DNA of 63,646 nucleotides from Patescibacteria group bacterium (lineage in GTDB: Bacteria; Patescibacteriota; Patescibacteriia; UM-FILTER-42-10). Shown piece by piece: positions 49,001 to 59,384 of this stretch. The translations under genes were made by a program, and so were the position numbers. Where the stretch lies: contig JBAYKW010000008.1 in NCBI GenBank assembly GCA_041664365.1, positions 1 to 63,646 on the forward strand, read 5' to 3'. The notes under the pieces are model-generated. The model had not been told where the DNA came from and made no database searches. It worked only from the letters and a program-made list of their open reading frames with translations. How positions within the stretch are numbered: the stretch's first letter is position 1; each line of letters starts with the position of its first letter.

Positions 49001-51217
49001 TCGAATGAATATTGGGCATACGCTACAGATTTCGACGGTACTGACTTATCTGGAGGAGATGAAAGGCAGACGAATATAAGATTCAGTCCGAGCGCATCAT
49101 TTGCGGTTGATCAAGCTGATTCCTTGCTGATTCAAGGCCAGTCAGCGGGCAGTAATAGAACGCAGATTTCCAGATTAAGTACCGGTAATTTCGGCATGAA
49201 TGTCGCTGGCACGATCAGCGCCAGATATTATGATTTTGACTATCTAAATGATTCCGGTTTAAATATTTCATCAACCGCTACGGTATCAGAACTGTCGGAC
49301 GGCACCTTTGATAATATTGGAGCGGGCTCCAATCCTAGTTATATTTCTCTGCTGGGATTAACATCTAATGATTCATATAGTAATGTGGTTTTTGATTCGG
49401 CATCAGATGGCGCGGATGCCAATGCTGTTTACAATGTCAATGCGAACGGCCCGGGAATTAATTGGACATTTGCCCAGGCCAGCGGCAACAAAAGCGGAGA
49501 AAATTTTGACAGGGAAATAAACGGCGCACAGATAGCATGGACCATTTATTTTTCAGTAATTAATGACGGATTGGTCAGTGACAGCAATGTGACAAATGAT
49601 GCAACCCAGCTTTCCGCAAACTGGTCTACAGCAACAGATGACGGGATTGATCATTTTGCTTATGCCATAGGAACTACCTCGGGCGGTAATGAAGTTGTTG
49701 ACTATACCGATGTTGGTTCCAGTAAAAATTTTACCCGAACCGGGCTAGCGCTTTTGAATGGTGTAACTTATTACACAACAGTTAGAGCATATAATTCTGA
49801 TAATGAAGTATTGGAGTCAATCACAAGTAATGGGATTACTGTCGATACAGCTGAGCCGACATTTTCCAATATAGTAATCACACCTGCTGAAAATTCATTT
49901 ACTGTTTCCTGGACGAGCAATGAACCGACTACCAGCATCATTCATTGGGGTCTGACAGATGCGTATGGAAATATTACAGTTGGTGATTCAGTAAGAACGA
50001 CACAGCATGAAGTGACTGTGACTGGACTTGCTGGTAATACCACCTACCATTTCATGCTTACCGGAACGGATACAGCAGGGAATACGGGAGAGTCGGCCGA
50101 CAATCTGGTTACAACCAGTGCATTAGAGAATACCATTATTACGAATGTACAAGTTTCGAATATCACGACAACTTCAGTGCTAATCTCCTGGACCACTAAC
50201 CATGATGCTGATTCAAAAGTCCGGTACGGCATAAGCACTGAATATGGTGGTGAAGTTTATGATGCTGATCTGGTTACAATGCATGAATTATTAATCTCGG
50301 ACCTTGTACCGGATACAAGATATCATTATGAGGTATTGAGTACCGGCAATACGATAGCAATTGATGCGGATGCGACGTTCTCAACACTGGCGGAAGGAGA
50401 AGAAAACACATTACCTGCTATTCCGACAATTATTGCTCCGGAAAGTGAAACAATTGTAAATACCACGAGACCATTAATTACCGGTTTGGCTGAATCCGAT
50501 AACGATATATTTATTTTAGTTGACCGTGAACTGGTCGCGGTGGTAAAAGCCACTAACGATTCCAGTGGTACCGGCAATTTCTATTATTATCTTAAGGAGC
50601 CCCTGCTTTTTGGCAAACATAGTATTGTGGTTAGGGCGCGGGATGCAGACGGGCAGGTCAGTCCTGAATCCGGTCCAAGAGTGTTCTCAGTGAATCCGCC
50701 ATATCCAACACCAATCGTATACGCTCCAACTTTATATGATGGTGATAATTATAGAGTTACAATTCCTGGATTAGCAATTAATGACAGTCAGATTCGGGTA
50801 TATTTGAATGGAGTAATTGTTAATACATTTATGGTTGAAAATAATATTTCAGGGACAGCGAATTTTAATGCATTAGTTAGCGGACTAACGTTCGGTGTGA
50901 ATGTTATTGAAATTGATGCTGTTGGCTTAGACGGAAAAGTAAGCGAAAAAACAGATCCGTTGACGGTAACGATCAATCAGTCTGAACAGAATGTTACTGA
51001 ATATGTGCTCGAAGGAGAAACAGTGCAGACCGAATTATTTTATGAAGTGTCCGAAGGAGATTCGCTGTGGAAACTGGCAGAACAGTTTTATGGTGATGGA
51101 AATATGTGGAATCATATAAGTTTTGCTAACCAAGAGGTTTATTCTTCACTAAAAGACAATCCTGGCATAATTATGCCCCGTTGGAGGTTGAAAATTCCAG
51201 CACTAGTGTTAAACTAA
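46022..51217 (+). CDS. Giant surface protein: beta-helix-like region, Fn3/PAP-N-like and Ig-like domains, C-terminal LysM
   Basis: N-terminal TM; G/T/S/N-rich repeats; WTSNEPTTS--HWG, H-V---GL---T-YH; YEVSEGDSLWKLA. Confidence 0.85.
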   Translation: MDDLLKNQNPIKKTFIYIKALFCKNLALEYHKVTPQTDRGVYTRPYTNFKQLIWTIRFFGFILIFSAILILNLADSNVSTAASSINISGHAYQDFGKTPIDGSVTAKTVQLKVEGAGAYTDEITTADGAWSISAVNVNSGDIVTVFLDDESEEATTAFITDETSQVNVNLYSNYVILRSDTGTITNSDLLTGDNGDDDIKYIVSGADISFDPGFNLYIWTGDIYTPGGLVTTQGGGDFRIGDGATVNMNNNAVAVSGSWKNEGTYNPGSNTTTLNASAGTEAIDNSEADSVAGADFNDLIINDSGSGAAYVPGGNVDVANNITIDGGTLNMSGPQVWYFTDDTDGAAANSRRMKSEDPAGVASDIATCSDSEVDHNKQFCVFYPTGTSGFIGASQPATFQSRAYMLNNGMPINGSIAAGSWSVNLTRVYHQGYYQYDTIGISARLWKVNSDLSSPTAISNWTIVATGNTEGATDNTITFAGIPQQDLSNQILAVEFEVRTGNAFHLASSGETTISLRVNEGGSKQKLNTPAFTPQINVGGNFDNNDTFTHQNGRIVFDAIDTDNTIETGVSSLYDVVFQGDGGDGTWAIQTDDMNVANTLDVDAGDAVNINSGRVLSLAKTSGSVLTLDGIIGGLGRLDYKTSTVFPTTGTISSILRLDTTSNDQTMPVRTYGGNVEIYNNSATNARTVTPAAGTHTVAGDLIIQAANTQNISFAGATNDPTMNISGDLDFAVSGGGVQTVTTGSNPWTVSGNVDLTGGTFTTETGNILVMNGTDKTLTSDAENLENFTVSGGAVSLADPLTVNESVGISAGSFSSGGNDLIVKGDWLNSGGAFNHGSAGVTFSSTDAGEIIEAGLSPFYDVEFNHAGGGWTIQTDNMTVANDLNLTSASSFVVESGRTVEVQGNFINSVGGVSTTWTGSTLYLNDASELDMINTKTAGADTYGTLRIGGSDGIGMWNSTADAITVDSGGCLESFDHNTTDGQLNIYGSCNTRSNEYWAYATDFDGTDLSGGDERQTNIRFSPSASFAVDQADSLLIQGQSAGSNRTQISRLSTGNFGMNVAGTISARYYDFDYLNDSGLNISSTATVSELSDGTFDNIGAGSNPSYISLLGLTSNDSYSNVVFDSASDGADANAVYNVNANGPGINWTFAQASGNKSGENFDREINGAQIAWTIYFSVINDGLVSDSNVTNDATQLSANWSTATDDGIDHFAYAIGTTSGGNEVVDYTDVGSSKNFTRTGLALLNGVTYYTTVRAYNSDNEVLESITSNGITVDTAEPTFSNIVITPAENSFTVSWTSNEPTTSIIHWGLTDAYGNITVGDSVRTTQHEVTVTGLAGNTTYHFMLTGTDTAGNTGESADNLVTTSALENTIITNVQVSNITTTSVLISWTTNHDADSKVRYGISTEYGGEVYDADLVTMHELLISDLVPDTRYHYEVLSTGNTIAIDADATFSTLAEGEENTLPAIPTIIAPESETIVNTTRPLITGLAESDNDIFILVDRELVAVVKATNDSSGTGNFYYYLKEPLLFGKHSIVVRARDADGQVSPESGPRVFSVNPPYPTPIVYAPTLYDGDNYRVTIPGLAINDSQIRVYLNGVIVNTFMVENNISGTANFNALVSGLTFGVNVIEIDAVGLDGKVSEKTDPLTVTINQSEQNVTEYVLEGETVQTELFYEVSEGDSLWKLAEQFYGDGNMWNHISFANQEVYSSLKDNPGIIMPRWRLKIPALVLN

Positions 51218-51257
51218 GACAACAGATACTTTATTCTTGAACATTTTAAATCCCCTA

Positions 51258-54200
51258 ATGTTTAATTTAGTTAAAGGAACAAATAAAACCAAATTTTATT
51301 CTAAAGCTCTAATTGCCCGCAATCCGGCCATTGTTTACCACAAGGCGGTAAATCAAAACCAGAGCGGCGCACCAATTACATCTTACTCACAATTCAGAAG
51401 GAATGTGAGAATTGCCCAGTCCGTAATTGCTTTAGTAATGTTTTTTGGCGGTATCATTTTCAGCCTGCCAAAGCTTTATCCAGCTCTTGCGGCGTCCAGT
51501 ATTAATCTTTCCGGCATAGCATATCAGGAAAACAGGACAACTCCGATTGATGGCACGGCAGACAATAAAACAATACAGGTGGCGGTTAATGGTGTTATTC
51601 AGACTAGCGACACAATAACAGATAATACTGGTTCCTGGGGAATTACCGGGCTTTCAGTGAACAGTGGTGATATCATCACTGTGTTTTTGGATGAAGAAAC
51701 TGAAGAAGCAAACATGGTTTTTGAATCCAACGAGACAACTCAGACGAATATTGATCTCTATCGTAATCATGTAATTGTCCGTTCTGACACAGCCACAATT
51801 ACCAATACAGAAATTATCACCGGTATTAATGCTGACAGCGATGTTAAATTTTCTTCGCCAATTGCTACTGATATTGAAATTGTTGCCGGTTTTCATCTGT
51901 ATGTCTGGGGCGGTGATACTTTTTCTATGGATGATAGTGTCTCAGTTGGCTCCGGTGTGATTATCGCAGCCAGCGCGACACTTACCGCCAATGGCAACCC
52001 GATTTCTGTTCCAGGAAACTGGACTAATGCCGGAACATTCACGCCGGGTGGAAATACAGTAACGTTTAATAGCGGAGTAGCTGGGCAGTCACTGACTACT
52101 GGTAGTTCTATCAACAACGGCAGCGGCGCGCCGTATTCTGAAACTGCCGGTAAAAAGTTTTATAATGTTACTATTGCCACAACTGGTGGTGGGACAGTGA
52201 CTCTGGCGGCGAGTTCGGACTTATCAGTTGGCGGTGATTTAGTTTTTACCAGTGGGAGACTCGATATCGGCTCTAATGATAACAAAATTTTAATAGCCGG
52301 GGACTGGGATGCCTCTACTGTAACCGAGTCAGCTTTTGAAGCACGTGAAAGTACATGGAATGATTTTCCCCAAGTTCATTTTGTCGGTAGCAGTACCCAG
52401 ATGGTAAAAATCGCCAGCGGTGAAAAGCTTCAGCTAGATTCACTTGAGATTGGCGATGTTAACGGCATCGAATCTTCGGTTGTTCTTTCTACTGGTGGAA
52501 GCGCGGCGACCCTTGCCTATGATTTATATTTGGTTGTACTAGCTGGCACATTCGACACACAGGACGGTGTGAATGCAAGCGTAAATATCAGCGGAAATGG
52601 AAGCGACTCGGAACTTTATGTTGGTGATGAATTTGGTGAAGACAGCGCTACTTATAAACGATTCTATGCAAATAGTTCAACAATAAACAATATTAAAGCA
52701 CTTTTTGTAACGGATGGTCGGGTCGGCGGAGATGATGCGACTTTTTATGCGGAGGACTCGACGATCACTCTTTTGGATTCCATCAACGTAGGTGACAGCA
52801 GTGTACTAGCGCATGCGGTTAATGTTTTTGATGCTTCAGCTACTAGCGCTAATACTATATCCATAGATCGAATTGATGTAGGGGTTGGTACATTTATTTT
52901 GGGAGATTCCCGTATTATAGATGTTGACCGTGCAACAGTTCAACAATATGGAATTCGTGTTTATGCCAATGGCACGTGGGATGCGTCTACCTATACTTCA
53001 AATGCTACCGTAAATGTAGCCGGTAATATTATTGTGGATACCGGTGGATCTTTCCAAACGGGGAGTACAACCTTTGTATTGGACGGCACGGTTGCGCAAC
53101 AAGTTGATTCCGATGTCAATCTTACATTTTACGCGCTGACAATAGATGACACGGCTAGTCGGACAGTAACACTGCACGACACAGATACAGCCGGACGAAG
53201 CTTTGTTGTAAATGGAACATTCACTTGGGACAGCACAACGCCTGCGAATGCCGCCAATATTTCAATTGGTAACGTAACATACAGTGCCTCTGTCACTTTA
53301 AATTCCGGTTCAATAGTAATTCCATCCGGGCACACGCTGACTATATATGGAACTGGGACACTTGATGTTTCAGGAAGCTGGACTAACGCCGGAACCTTCA
53401 CGCCGAATTCAAGCACGGTCACATTCATCGGCAGTTCCGGTACGCAAACAATCAATTCAACAGGTGCGGTAAGCGCCGGTTTTTCAAGTGTTGTTATTGA
53501 TTCATTGGGTGCCACTAAACAGCTGAGCGCGACAAATATGGCGATTAGTGGCAATCTCACTGTTCTGAACGGAACGCTTGATTTAAATGGCAGACAATTG
53601 CAGGTTAACGGTTATTTCAACAAGTCCGGCGGGAATCTGAATATGGATCAGGGCGGGGACAATTTCAATGTTGACGGCACTTTTACCGTGTCGGGTGATG
53701 CGGGAGGGTCAGTACTGACTGCTGGATCAACTGTAGTCGGTGGTGATGTTGATATATCCGGTGATAATACGTTTGTAATGGGACATGCCACAAACTACCC
53801 CGTTTTCTCCATGGATGGCGCGGCGGACGCAAATTTATCCATTGTGGGAGCGAATAATGCCTTCGGCTATACTGGAGGAATCGGTGAATTTGATGTTGAT
53901 AAAACTGGGGGAGCCGGAGTAACATTATTGTCTCCGGTCCAGTCATGGAATTTTCTTATGAATACCGGTGAGCTTGATATAAACGGTCAGACACTGACCG
54001 TATCCAGTCTCTTTGTGGGATTTGGCGGACTTCTAACAATGGCTAGCGGAACAATCGCAACAGGCAGCGATAACCTTGTTCCCTCCTCGCACGCCATGTT
54101 TTATGTTGACAGCGGTTGGACAGAAAATATCTCCGGCGGGACCATTACTGTCGAAGGTGTTGGGCATGTTACTAACGGTGCGGCATATTTTGCGAATGGA

Positions 54201-57200
54201 TCAGCTTTTACTCCGACCGGGGGAACTTTCCAGTTTATCGGCAATGACAATAAAGTTCTGACAATCGCGGAAACAGGCGAAGCGGATTTCAATTTTTTTA
54301 ACCTGACAATCGGCGACGGCGTAAATGCGCTGACGGTGGATATTAATCCTTCTGTAGCTATAACGGTGGATCTGGAAGGTGATATGACAATAGCAACAAG
54401 TGCCACGCTTGATTCAAACGGGGAAATACTGGAAGTGGCAGGTGGTTGGGATACTAACGGTACTTATACGCACGGTAACAGCACGGTGACTTTTGATTCG
54501 GCTGATACTGGAGAGACGATTGAAGCGGGCAGTTCCCAGTTTTATAATATGGTATTTAATAATGCAGCGGGCGGTTGGACTGTACAGACTGACAACTTGA
54601 CTGTCGCTAATAATTTGACGCTTACCTCTGCAAATACATTTACTGTCAGTAGCGGTGTAACTATTGAAGTAAGAAATGATTTCACAAACAGCGTCGGGGG
54701 AGCGAATACTACCTGGACCGGTGCTGCCTTATATCTGAACGGAACTAGCGCGAGCCTTGATGAGATAAACACAAAGACTGTCGGAGGTGATGTATATGGA
54801 ACACTACGGATAGGGGTAAATGAAAATGCGGCCATGTGGAGCTCTTCAGCAAGTACGGTTACTGTAGACAGCGGAAGCTGTTTAGAGTCTTTTGACAATG
54901 GGGCAGTGGATGGTCAAATAAATATTTATGGTGAATGTAATTCACGTTCCGCGGAATACTGGGTATATGAAAATGACTTTGACGGGACCGCTCTCGGGCT
55001 ATCAAGTCGGCCGGTAACTGTCAATTTTTCCAGCGGGTCTTCCTATACGGTTGATAGCGGAGATATTTTGTATATTGTCGGTTCAGCCGGTGATTTCACG
55101 GATATTTCCGCCACTTCCGGTTACTTTAGCCTGACTGTGAACGGAATAATTCATGCTTCAAATTACAATTTTGATAATCTTGATGCGAGCGGTCTTAAGC
55201 TGAATAGTACGGCTACGATTTACTCGTTGGATAACGGATCCTTTGACAATAACGGTCCGGGTGCAAATTCCAGCTACATTACTTTATCCAATCTGGATAC
55301 CGTTAACATGTTTGGTGATGTTATATTTGATTCCCAAACAGACGGAGAGGATACAAATGTTGTTTATAATGTTAATGCTACTGGATCAACCATCAATTTA
55401 GTATTTCCATGGGCAGGTGGTAATAAATTCGGTTCAGAATTTGAAATTGAATCCAGTGGTGCCCAGATTAGTTGGACGATTTTACCTTCGGTGGTCAATG
55501 ATGGATTAACCGGAGATGCCAGCATCACAAACGATCCCACCGAGCTCTCAGCAAACTGGGAGACGGCGCAATCATGCTCAGAAGATAACGTTTCAATATT
55601 TACGCCATCAGACGGGATGAAATCATTAGATTTCTCAGTTGTCGAAAAAGACGGTGTTTATCATGTAATCCACATTCGTGGCGAAGATATCCCTTGGTGG
55701 GCATATCCGCAAACTACTTTTGGGCACGAAACCTCTACTGATTTAAATAACTGGACGAACCAGGGACCAATTGATCTTCATGGCTCTGTCGGAGAATGGA
55801 ATGATAAGCAAACTTGGGCGCCTTATATTTATGAAGAAGGTGGTACATACTATATGTACTATACCGGGGTGAATTATGACACGAATTACACTATGAATGC
55901 TCAACGGATTGGCTTAGCAACTTCTACTGACCTTGTAAACTGGACTGATGCCGCCAGTACTTGTTCCGGAATCGGCGGACAGGGTTGCGTATTAGACTGT
56001 TCAGCTGCCTGGTCCACTTGGGACCAGTGGGATAGTACTGCTTGGAAAGGCGATTGCAGAGACCCATTTGTTACCAAATGGGGGAGCACTTATTATATGT
56101 TTATGTCAGCAAAAAAAGAAGAAGGTGCCACTGACCGCATGGTTATCGCTTTCGCTACATCAAGTGATTTATTGAATTGGACATTGCAGGATCCGATTGA
56201 TGCAACACTTTCCGGTACCGCCGAGTCGCCCACTGTAACAGAACACAATGGAACATACTATATGTTCGGAACAAGGTATGATCATATCCAGTACTATACA
56301 ACAACAACCCCGACTGTCGCGGCCAGCTGGGTGGATCAGGGTTATGCGCATCAGCATTTTGCCAATGAAGCGGAGCCGTATATAGCGGGTCAGACCCTTT
56401 TCCCGTACGTTCATGGCGAAACCTGGGCGGTCCGATTTTTGAAATTGGGATATAACGATGACGGGTCGCTTAGGTATTCCAATAACGTAACTCCGGCCTG
56501 CCAGTCCGGCGGCAGTCTTGATCCAGATGATCAGACAACTCCTGACGCCGTAGATCATTTTGAATACGCTATCGGTTCGACAGAAGGCGGAACTGATGTT
56601 TCCGATTTCAGCAGTGTCGGGCTGTTAAAAAATGCTACTAAGACGGGATTGGATTTGGCGGACGGGACATATTATACAACGGTTCGTGCCATAAACAGTT
56701 CCGGTGAAGTAATCGGCCAGTCGTCTAGTAACGGAATTATGCTTGACTCGGGATTGCCTACATTCAGTAATGTCAACACAAATTCCACTCAAACAAGCAT
56801 TACTATCCAATGGACCAGCAGTGAGCCGGCTACTACTCAGGTAAACTATGGTCTTACAAATGCCTATGGATTCACAACTGTATTAGACTCTACTCTAACT
56901 CTGAATCACTCGGTAACCATTACAGGCCTGAATGCAGGTACAACATATCATTTTCAGCTGGTGGGAGAAGACGGATTTGGCAATACGGGATATTCAATTG
57001 ACTACAGTACGGAAACAGTTGCACCGGATGCGACAATAATTACAAATGTTCAGGTGATTAATCTTACTGAAACTGCGGCGTCGATTACCTGGCAAACTAA
57101 TCATCCCGCTGATTCCAGGGTTAATTATGGTTTAAATACAGATTATGGTCAGGAGAAATATGACAGCGGATTAGTTTCAGAACATCTGGTTCAATTGACC

Positions 57201-58142
57201 GGATTAGAACCCGGTACTGTATATCATTACCAAATTGTCAGCACGGGGAATACTGTAGCAACACAGGCTGATGCGAATTTTACTACAATAGCAACTGAAG
57301 TCCCTGATCCGGATACAGAACCGCCTCCAATAGATATTGAGCCTGTCCCATATCTTCCTGCGCCGACACTTTATGCTCCAGAAAGTGGCAGTATCGTGCA
57401 CACGGCATTGCCGACCATTACCGGGGTTGCCCGATCGAATAATGACGTGTTCATATTGATTGACAGGGAATTGGTCGCGGTGGTCAAGGCCAGTGATCAT
57501 TCCAGCGGAACAGGAGATTTTTATTTTCACGTTAAAGAACCACTTACTAGAGGCGACCACAGTATTATTCTAAGAGCGCGAGATAATGACGGATTAATCA
57601 GCAGTGAATCAAAATCATACAGCTTTTTTGTGGAACCGCCATATCCGGTGCCCACGATTGACAAAGCATATGTAACAGACGGCAGTAATCCTTCGGTTGT
57701 GCTCTTAGGTAATGCAATAAACGACGCGACAATCAGAGTATATGTAAATAATAGGATTATTAATACTTTCAAGGTAAATAATGATCCGTCCGGAGTTGCC
57801 AATTTTAAAATCCTTATTTCCGGGCTGGAACCCGGGGAGTATAATATTTATCTTGATGCTTTAGAACCCAGTGGCAAAGAAAGTGTGAAAACAGGAACAT
57901 TGAATGTTGTAATCAAACCGCTCGGATTTAATGTCCCGATTTACGCGTATCAGGATCAGAATTTGTATACAGTACAGTCCGGTGATACGCTTTGGAAGAT
58001 TGCTTTAAAACACTACGGTCTTGGCGATAAATGGGTGGTGATCCAAGGTGCGAATATTGACCGATATCCGTCTCTGGAATCCGATCCATCCGTTCTGAAC
58101 ATCGGCTGGACACTACTCATCCCGCTTCTTTGGTCACTATAG
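51258..58142 (+). CDS. Giant surface protein paralogue with inserted GH32/GH43-like beta-propeller and C-terminal LysM
   Basis: Same scaffold; TWAPYI, CRDPFV, AESPTV; YTVQSGDTLWKIA. Confidence 0.87.
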   Translation: MFNLVKGTNKTKFYSKALIARNPAIVYHKAVNQNQSGAPITSYSQFRRNVRIAQSVIALVMFFGGIIFSLPKLYPALAASSINLSGIAYQENRTTPIDGTADNKTIQVAVNGVIQTSDTITDNTGSWGITGLSVNSGDIITVFLDEETEEANMVFESNETTQTNIDLYRNHVIVRSDTATITNTEIITGINADSDVKFSSPIATDIEIVAGFHLYVWGGDTFSMDDSVSVGSGVIIAASATLTANGNPISVPGNWTNAGTFTPGGNTVTFNSGVAGQSLTTGSSINNGSGAPYSETAGKKFYNVTIATTGGGTVTLAASSDLSVGGDLVFTSGRLDIGSNDNKILIAGDWDASTVTESAFEARESTWNDFPQVHFVGSSTQMVKIASGEKLQLDSLEIGDVNGIESSVVLSTGGSAATLAYDLYLVVLAGTFDTQDGVNASVNISGNGSDSELYVGDEFGEDSATYKRFYANSSTINNIKALFVTDGRVGGDDATFYAEDSTITLLDSINVGDSSVLAHAVNVFDASATSANTISIDRIDVGVGTFILGDSRIIDVDRATVQQYGIRVYANGTWDASTYTSNATVNVAGNIIVDTGGSFQTGSTTFVLDGTVAQQVDSDVNLTFYALTIDDTASRTVTLHDTDTAGRSFVVNGTFTWDSTTPANAANISIGNVTYSASVTLNSGSIVIPSGHTLTIYGTGTLDVSGSWTNAGTFTPNSSTVTFIGSSGTQTINSTGAVSAGFSSVVIDSLGATKQLSATNMAISGNLTVLNGTLDLNGRQLQVNGYFNKSGGNLNMDQGGDNFNVDGTFTVSGDAGGSVLTAGSTVVGGDVDISGDNTFVMGHATNYPVFSMDGAADANLSIVGANNAFGYTGGIGEFDVDKTGGAGVTLLSPVQSWNFLMNTGELDINGQTLTVSSLFVGFGGLLTMASGTIATGSDNLVPSSHAMFYVDSGWTENISGGTITVEGVGHVTNGAAYFANGSAFTPTGGTFQFIGNDNKVLTIAETGEADFNFFNLTIGDGVNALTVDINPSVAITVDLEGDMTIATSATLDSNGEILEVAGGWDTNGTYTHGNSTVTFDSADTGETIEAGSSQFYNMVFNNAAGGWTVQTDNLTVANNLTLTSANTFTVSSGVTIEVRNDFTNSVGGANTTWTGAALYLNGTSASLDEINTKTVGGDVYGTLRIGVNENAAMWSSSASTVTVDSGSCLESFDNGAVDGQINIYGECNSRSAEYWVYENDFDGTALGLSSRPVTVNFSSGSSYTVDSGDILYIVGSAGDFTDISATSGYFSLTVNGIIHASNYNFDNLDASGLKLNSTATIYSLDNGSFDNNGPGANSSYITLSNLDTVNMFGDVIFDSQTDGEDTNVVYNVNATGSTINLVFPWAGGNKFGSEFEIESSGAQISWTILPSVVNDGLTGDASITNDPTELSANWETAQSCSEDNVSIFTPSDGMKSLDFSVVEKDGVYHVIHIRGEDIPWWAYPQTTFGHETSTDLNNWTNQGPIDLHGSVGEWNDKQTWAPYIYEEGGTYYMYYTGVNYDTNYTMNAQRIGLATSTDLVNWTDAASTCSGIGGQGCVLDCSAAWSTWDQWDSTAWKGDCRDPFVTKWGSTYYMFMSAKKEEGATDRMVIAFATSSDLLNWTLQDPIDATLSGTAESPTVTEHNGTYYMFGTRYDHIQYYTTTTPTVAASWVDQGYAHQHFANEAEPYIAGQTLFPYVHGETWAVRFLKLGYNDDGSLRYSNNVTPACQSGGSLDPDDQTTPDAVDHFEYAIGSTEGGTDVSDFSSVGLLKNATKTGLDLADGTYYTTVRAINSSGEVIGQSSSNGIMLDSGLPTFSNVNTNSTQTSITIQWTSSEPATTQVNYGLTNAYGFTTVLDSTLTLNHSVTITGLNAGTTYHFQLVGEDGFGNTGYSIDYSTETVAPDATIITNVQVINLTETAASITWQTNHPADSRVNYGLNTDYGQEKYDSGLVSEHLVQLTGLEPGTVYHYQIVSTGNTVATQADANFTTIATEVPDPDTEPPPIDIEPVPYLPAPTLYAPESGSIVHTALPTITGVARSNNDVFILIDRELVAVVKASDHSSGTGDFYFHVKEPLTRGDHSIILRARDNDGLISSESKSYSFFVEPPYPVPTIDKAYVTDGSNPSVVLLGNAINDATIRVYVNNRIINTFKVNNDPSGVANFKILISGLEPGEYNIYLDALEPSGKESVKTGTLNVVIKPLGFNVPIYAYQDQNLYTVQSGDTLWKIALKHYGLGDKWVVIQGANIDRYPSLESDPSVLNIGWTLLIPLLWSL

Positions 58143-58151
58143 AAAAAAATC

Positions 58152-58180
58152 AAAAACCCCCAGGTTACCTGGGGGTTTTT
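58152..58180. terminator. Bidirectional terminator
   Basis: AAAACCCCCAGG-tta-CCTGGGGGTTTT. Confidence 0.8.
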
Positions 58181-58193
58181 CGTATTGCAATAA

Positions 58194-59384
58194 TTATTTT
58201 TTTGTCTCTGGAATTCTCCAGCTAAAGTATATTCCGGTTAGCAAAATTAAAGAAAGAAAAAGAAACAGGTATTCAATCGGGTAGAATTTTAACACAAGCA
58301 TCGAAAGCCCGGATCCGATCAGATACCCCAGTGGTGATGCGTTGCGAAAAAAATTAATATAGTCAATATCCTTGACATCAACAGTTTTGAAGAAATATGT
58401 TTCTCTCATCGCTTCAATTAATGCCGCCCCGCATCTGCTTAAAAATAAAATCAGCGCCCAGACAAACGGATTATCAGATTTTATAAAGAAAAACAGGGCA
58501 ACGGCAGATGCGATAATCATAAAACCGAGATTCAAAACTTTTTTCTCGCCGTTATATTTGTCGGCGAAAATTCCGGCGGGTATCTCCAGGAATATGAAAG
58601 GTAAGAGCATGAAGGTGAAGATCATACCGATTGTTTTCCATTCAAAACCGATGGTCTGGTGCAGATAGATCGGCGCGTAAATTACCGCAGTTGCATAAAA
58701 CAGTTCCAGTAGAAAGGCGATTGCAAATATACCGCGCAGATTTATATTATTCCATATATGTTTCAGTGTCGTCAGCGAGTGATGATGTTCGTATTGCAGA
58801 TGATCGGCCAGTAGTTTTTTGTTATACAGAATGATCGCCAGTGCGATTGATAGAAGTATTGCCGCCATGATATAGATCAAGCGATAATTTCCTTCGCCGG
58901 TCAGATAGCCAACTGCCAAGGGGGAGAAAAGCCAGCCCAGATTAATGAAGGTAAAATAAGTAGTTCTGATCCTGCCGGTTGTCGGGTTGGTAGTGAAACG
59001 CTCAACAAAAACATCCATATTAATCCAGATCAGATAGCCCATACTTCCCGTTAAAGCAAAGAATATAAACGCACCAACAGTAGAGTTTGTGGTAATCAAT
59101 AGAATAATGCTTGTTATCTGCAGCAAAATTATTATAATGGCCAGCTTATAATTGCTGATTTTCTTGATAAAGTAGGGGAAAAAATTAATGGCAGCCAGGC
59201 TGAGTAGCGCTTCGCCCAGAAAAAACAAACCGACCCGCCCGACGTCCACAAATTCTTCCATAAAGGTAGAACGGATGTATCCAGGAAAAGCTGCGGCTAG
59301 AGCTAGAACAAATCCGAGAAAATATAATACTTTAAGATTTTTTGTTATTTTCATATTAATATTAATTAGAAAAGGTAAACACAA
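58194..59384 (-). CDS. MFS transporter
   Basis: About 12 TM; EIPAGIFADKY-GEKK MFS motif. Confidence 0.9.
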   Translation of the reverse strand: MCLPFLININMKITKNLKVLYFLGFVLALAAAFPGYIRSTFMEEFVDVGRVGLFFLGEALLSLAAINFFPYFIKKISNYKLAIIIILLQITSIILLITTNSTVGAFIFFALTGSMGYLIWINMDVFVERFTTNPTTGRIRTTYFTFINLGWLFSPLAVGYLTGEGNYRLIYIMAAILLSIALAIILYNKKLLADHLQYEHHHSLTTLKHIWNNINLRGIFAIAFLLELFYATAVIYAPIYLHQTIGFEWKTIGMIFTFMLLPFIFLEIPAGIFADKYNGEKKVLNLGFMIIASAVALFFFIKSDNPFVWALILFLSRCGAALIEAMRETYFFKTVDVKDIDYINFFRNASPLGYLIGSGLSMLVLKFYPIEYLFLFLSLILLTGIYFSWRIPETKK

